Shown here: in pieces, positions 62,763 to 64,000 of the stretch
How the letters are laid out: each line of letters begins with the position of its first letter
How positions within the stretch are numbered: position 1 is the stretch's first letter
Source: an uncultured Gammaproteobacteria bacterium
GTDB lineage: Bacteria; Pseudomonadota; Gammaproteobacteria; DRLM01
Direction of reading: 5' to 3'
DNA: 64,000 nucleotides
Assembly: GCA_963729605.1 (NCBI GenBank)
Contig: CAVSNY010000006.1
Span: 441,529 to 505,528 of the forward strand
The notes under the pieces: generated by a model
What the model was told of the DNA's origin: nothing
The model's database searches: none
What the model saw: only the letters and a program-made list of their open reading frames with translations
Position numbers and translations under genes: made by a program

Positions 62763-63952
62763 TCAAGTGCTCGGGTGCGGCTCGGTGGCCTTGTCGCCGC
62801 CCCGGACGCTGTCGAGCACTGTGTGCGCCTGTTGGTCGACCAGCCTTGTGAATAGCTGCTGGGCGTAGCCGAAGATGGCGGCCCACGCCAGGATCTGGGC
62901 TGATGAGTCGAGGGCGCTGAGGCCGGGGACAAACCCGCCGCGCATGAGGACCAGCCCGAGGACGGCCGTGACGGCACCGGTCGGCAGCTTCAGGACGGCG
63001 ATAGCGATGGGTACGCCGTACGGCTCTGATGAGCCGCGAAGTTTCCTGAGCGCAGCAGCCGCGGCCACCGCCGCGGCTGGTGCCGGATCGCCACGACGAA
63101 AATGTCGATCCGCTTCGCGGTCCGGCCGATCTCGGCGTTGATCTCCGTAGCCGTGACCCCCGGCCTTCCGTCATCGTCTGGAATTGGGCCCGACTGCTCC
63201 GTCGGGCACACGACGGTGACCTCGTCACCATTCTCGGGCGCAAAGCACAGCGGCACGGTCTTCGGGCCGACAAGTCCGATGGCGACGAGCCCTGCCGCCA
63301 CGAACAACATGCCAACTGCGGCTCCCTCGACGACGTCGCGGAAGCTGCGCATCGCGTCTTGTTCGCGTAGTGCCGCCGTGCTGGCGCCGTGCATGGCACC
63401 CACGATGACGCCGCGCTCATAGTTAACGATCGTCGCTCGCTTCTCGCGTTCGACCTCGTCGCGGCGTCGTCATCAATTTTTGCGGCGTGCGCCGCAAGCT
63501 CCTTGGCGATCCGCTCGACCTCACGCCGACGGGGATCAGTAGGCTGGAGATGCCGACAGACATGGTTCATGATGCTTGGCATCTGACCGACCACATAGTC
63601 GGCCGGCGCCAGTTGGAGGAGGTCCGCCTCCGCGGCGTCCAGGCTACGCCTCGCGCTCTCGAGCTCTGCTCCGGCGTCGTTTGAACCAGCGCCTACGACC
63701 GCCCGCGGCGGTACGCGCATGGTCGAGATGCATGGCGATCGACGCCTTGAACGCTTCGCATGCCCCCGGGTCGCGCTCCGGACGATCCGGCTGGGGCACA
63801 CCTGCCGCCCAGGGCGTGAGCGTTTCGATCTCAAGATTCTCCGTCAGCAAGCAATCGCACCACACCGTCCGGCGCCCGACATCCCGTTGCGGCTTCGCGG
63901 TCTTGGTCACCGCGTGCGGATGATCGAGAGCATCGGTATTGGTAGCGCTCAC
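62763..63952 (-). pseudogene. Actinobacterial-like hypothetical membrane protein broken into at least four frames
   Basis: Pieces ..LDAAEADLLQLAP.., ..RSFRDVV..PLCFAP.., ..LKLPTGAVTAVLGLVLMRGGFVPGLSALDS..FGYAQQLFT read as one protein across frames. Confidence 0.55.
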
Positions 63953-64000
63953 TATTATACCTCCGATTTCGAGCCCGATTGGAAGTAGCTGACGAGCCGG

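Overview
High-GC gammaproteobacterial-type chromosome in four blocks. (1) 1-4.8 kb: the start of a minus-strand extracellular-electron-transfer-like cluster that runs off the left edge. It encodes a secreted tetraheme cytochrome with the motif order of the Geobacter nanowire cytochrome OmcE, a ~580-aa outer-membrane beta-barrel, two triheme c7-type cytochromes and a Pro/Ala-rich lipoprotein. Upstream (5.1-8.7 kb) lie three tandem paralogous porins, one with an in-frame TAG. (2) 8.9-25.7 kb: housekeeping genes (tRNA-Gln, rpsI/rplM, nodIJ-like ABC, ferredoxin, glcF-like, coq7, a ~228-bp REP-like tandem repeat, speD, osmC-like, crp, LemA/TPM, a TraF-like barrel, PEP-CTERM and tail-collar proteins, trpCDG). 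(3) 25.7-62.3 kb: a metal-resistance genomic island with ICEclc/PAGI-2-like core genes (czcCBA, Cu-ATPase, copRS, copAB, copGZCD, cusCBAF, Csp3, LysR, bisR-like, cadRA, alpA, parA, shi-like). It appears to be integrated into the 5' end of trpG. (4) 62.3-64 kb: an abrupt in-frame switch to actinobacterial-like, frameshift-rich DNA, probably a chimeric assembly end. Scattered single-base indels suggest long-read errors, so frameshift calls are provisional. All family assignments come from motif recognition and recall, not database searches.
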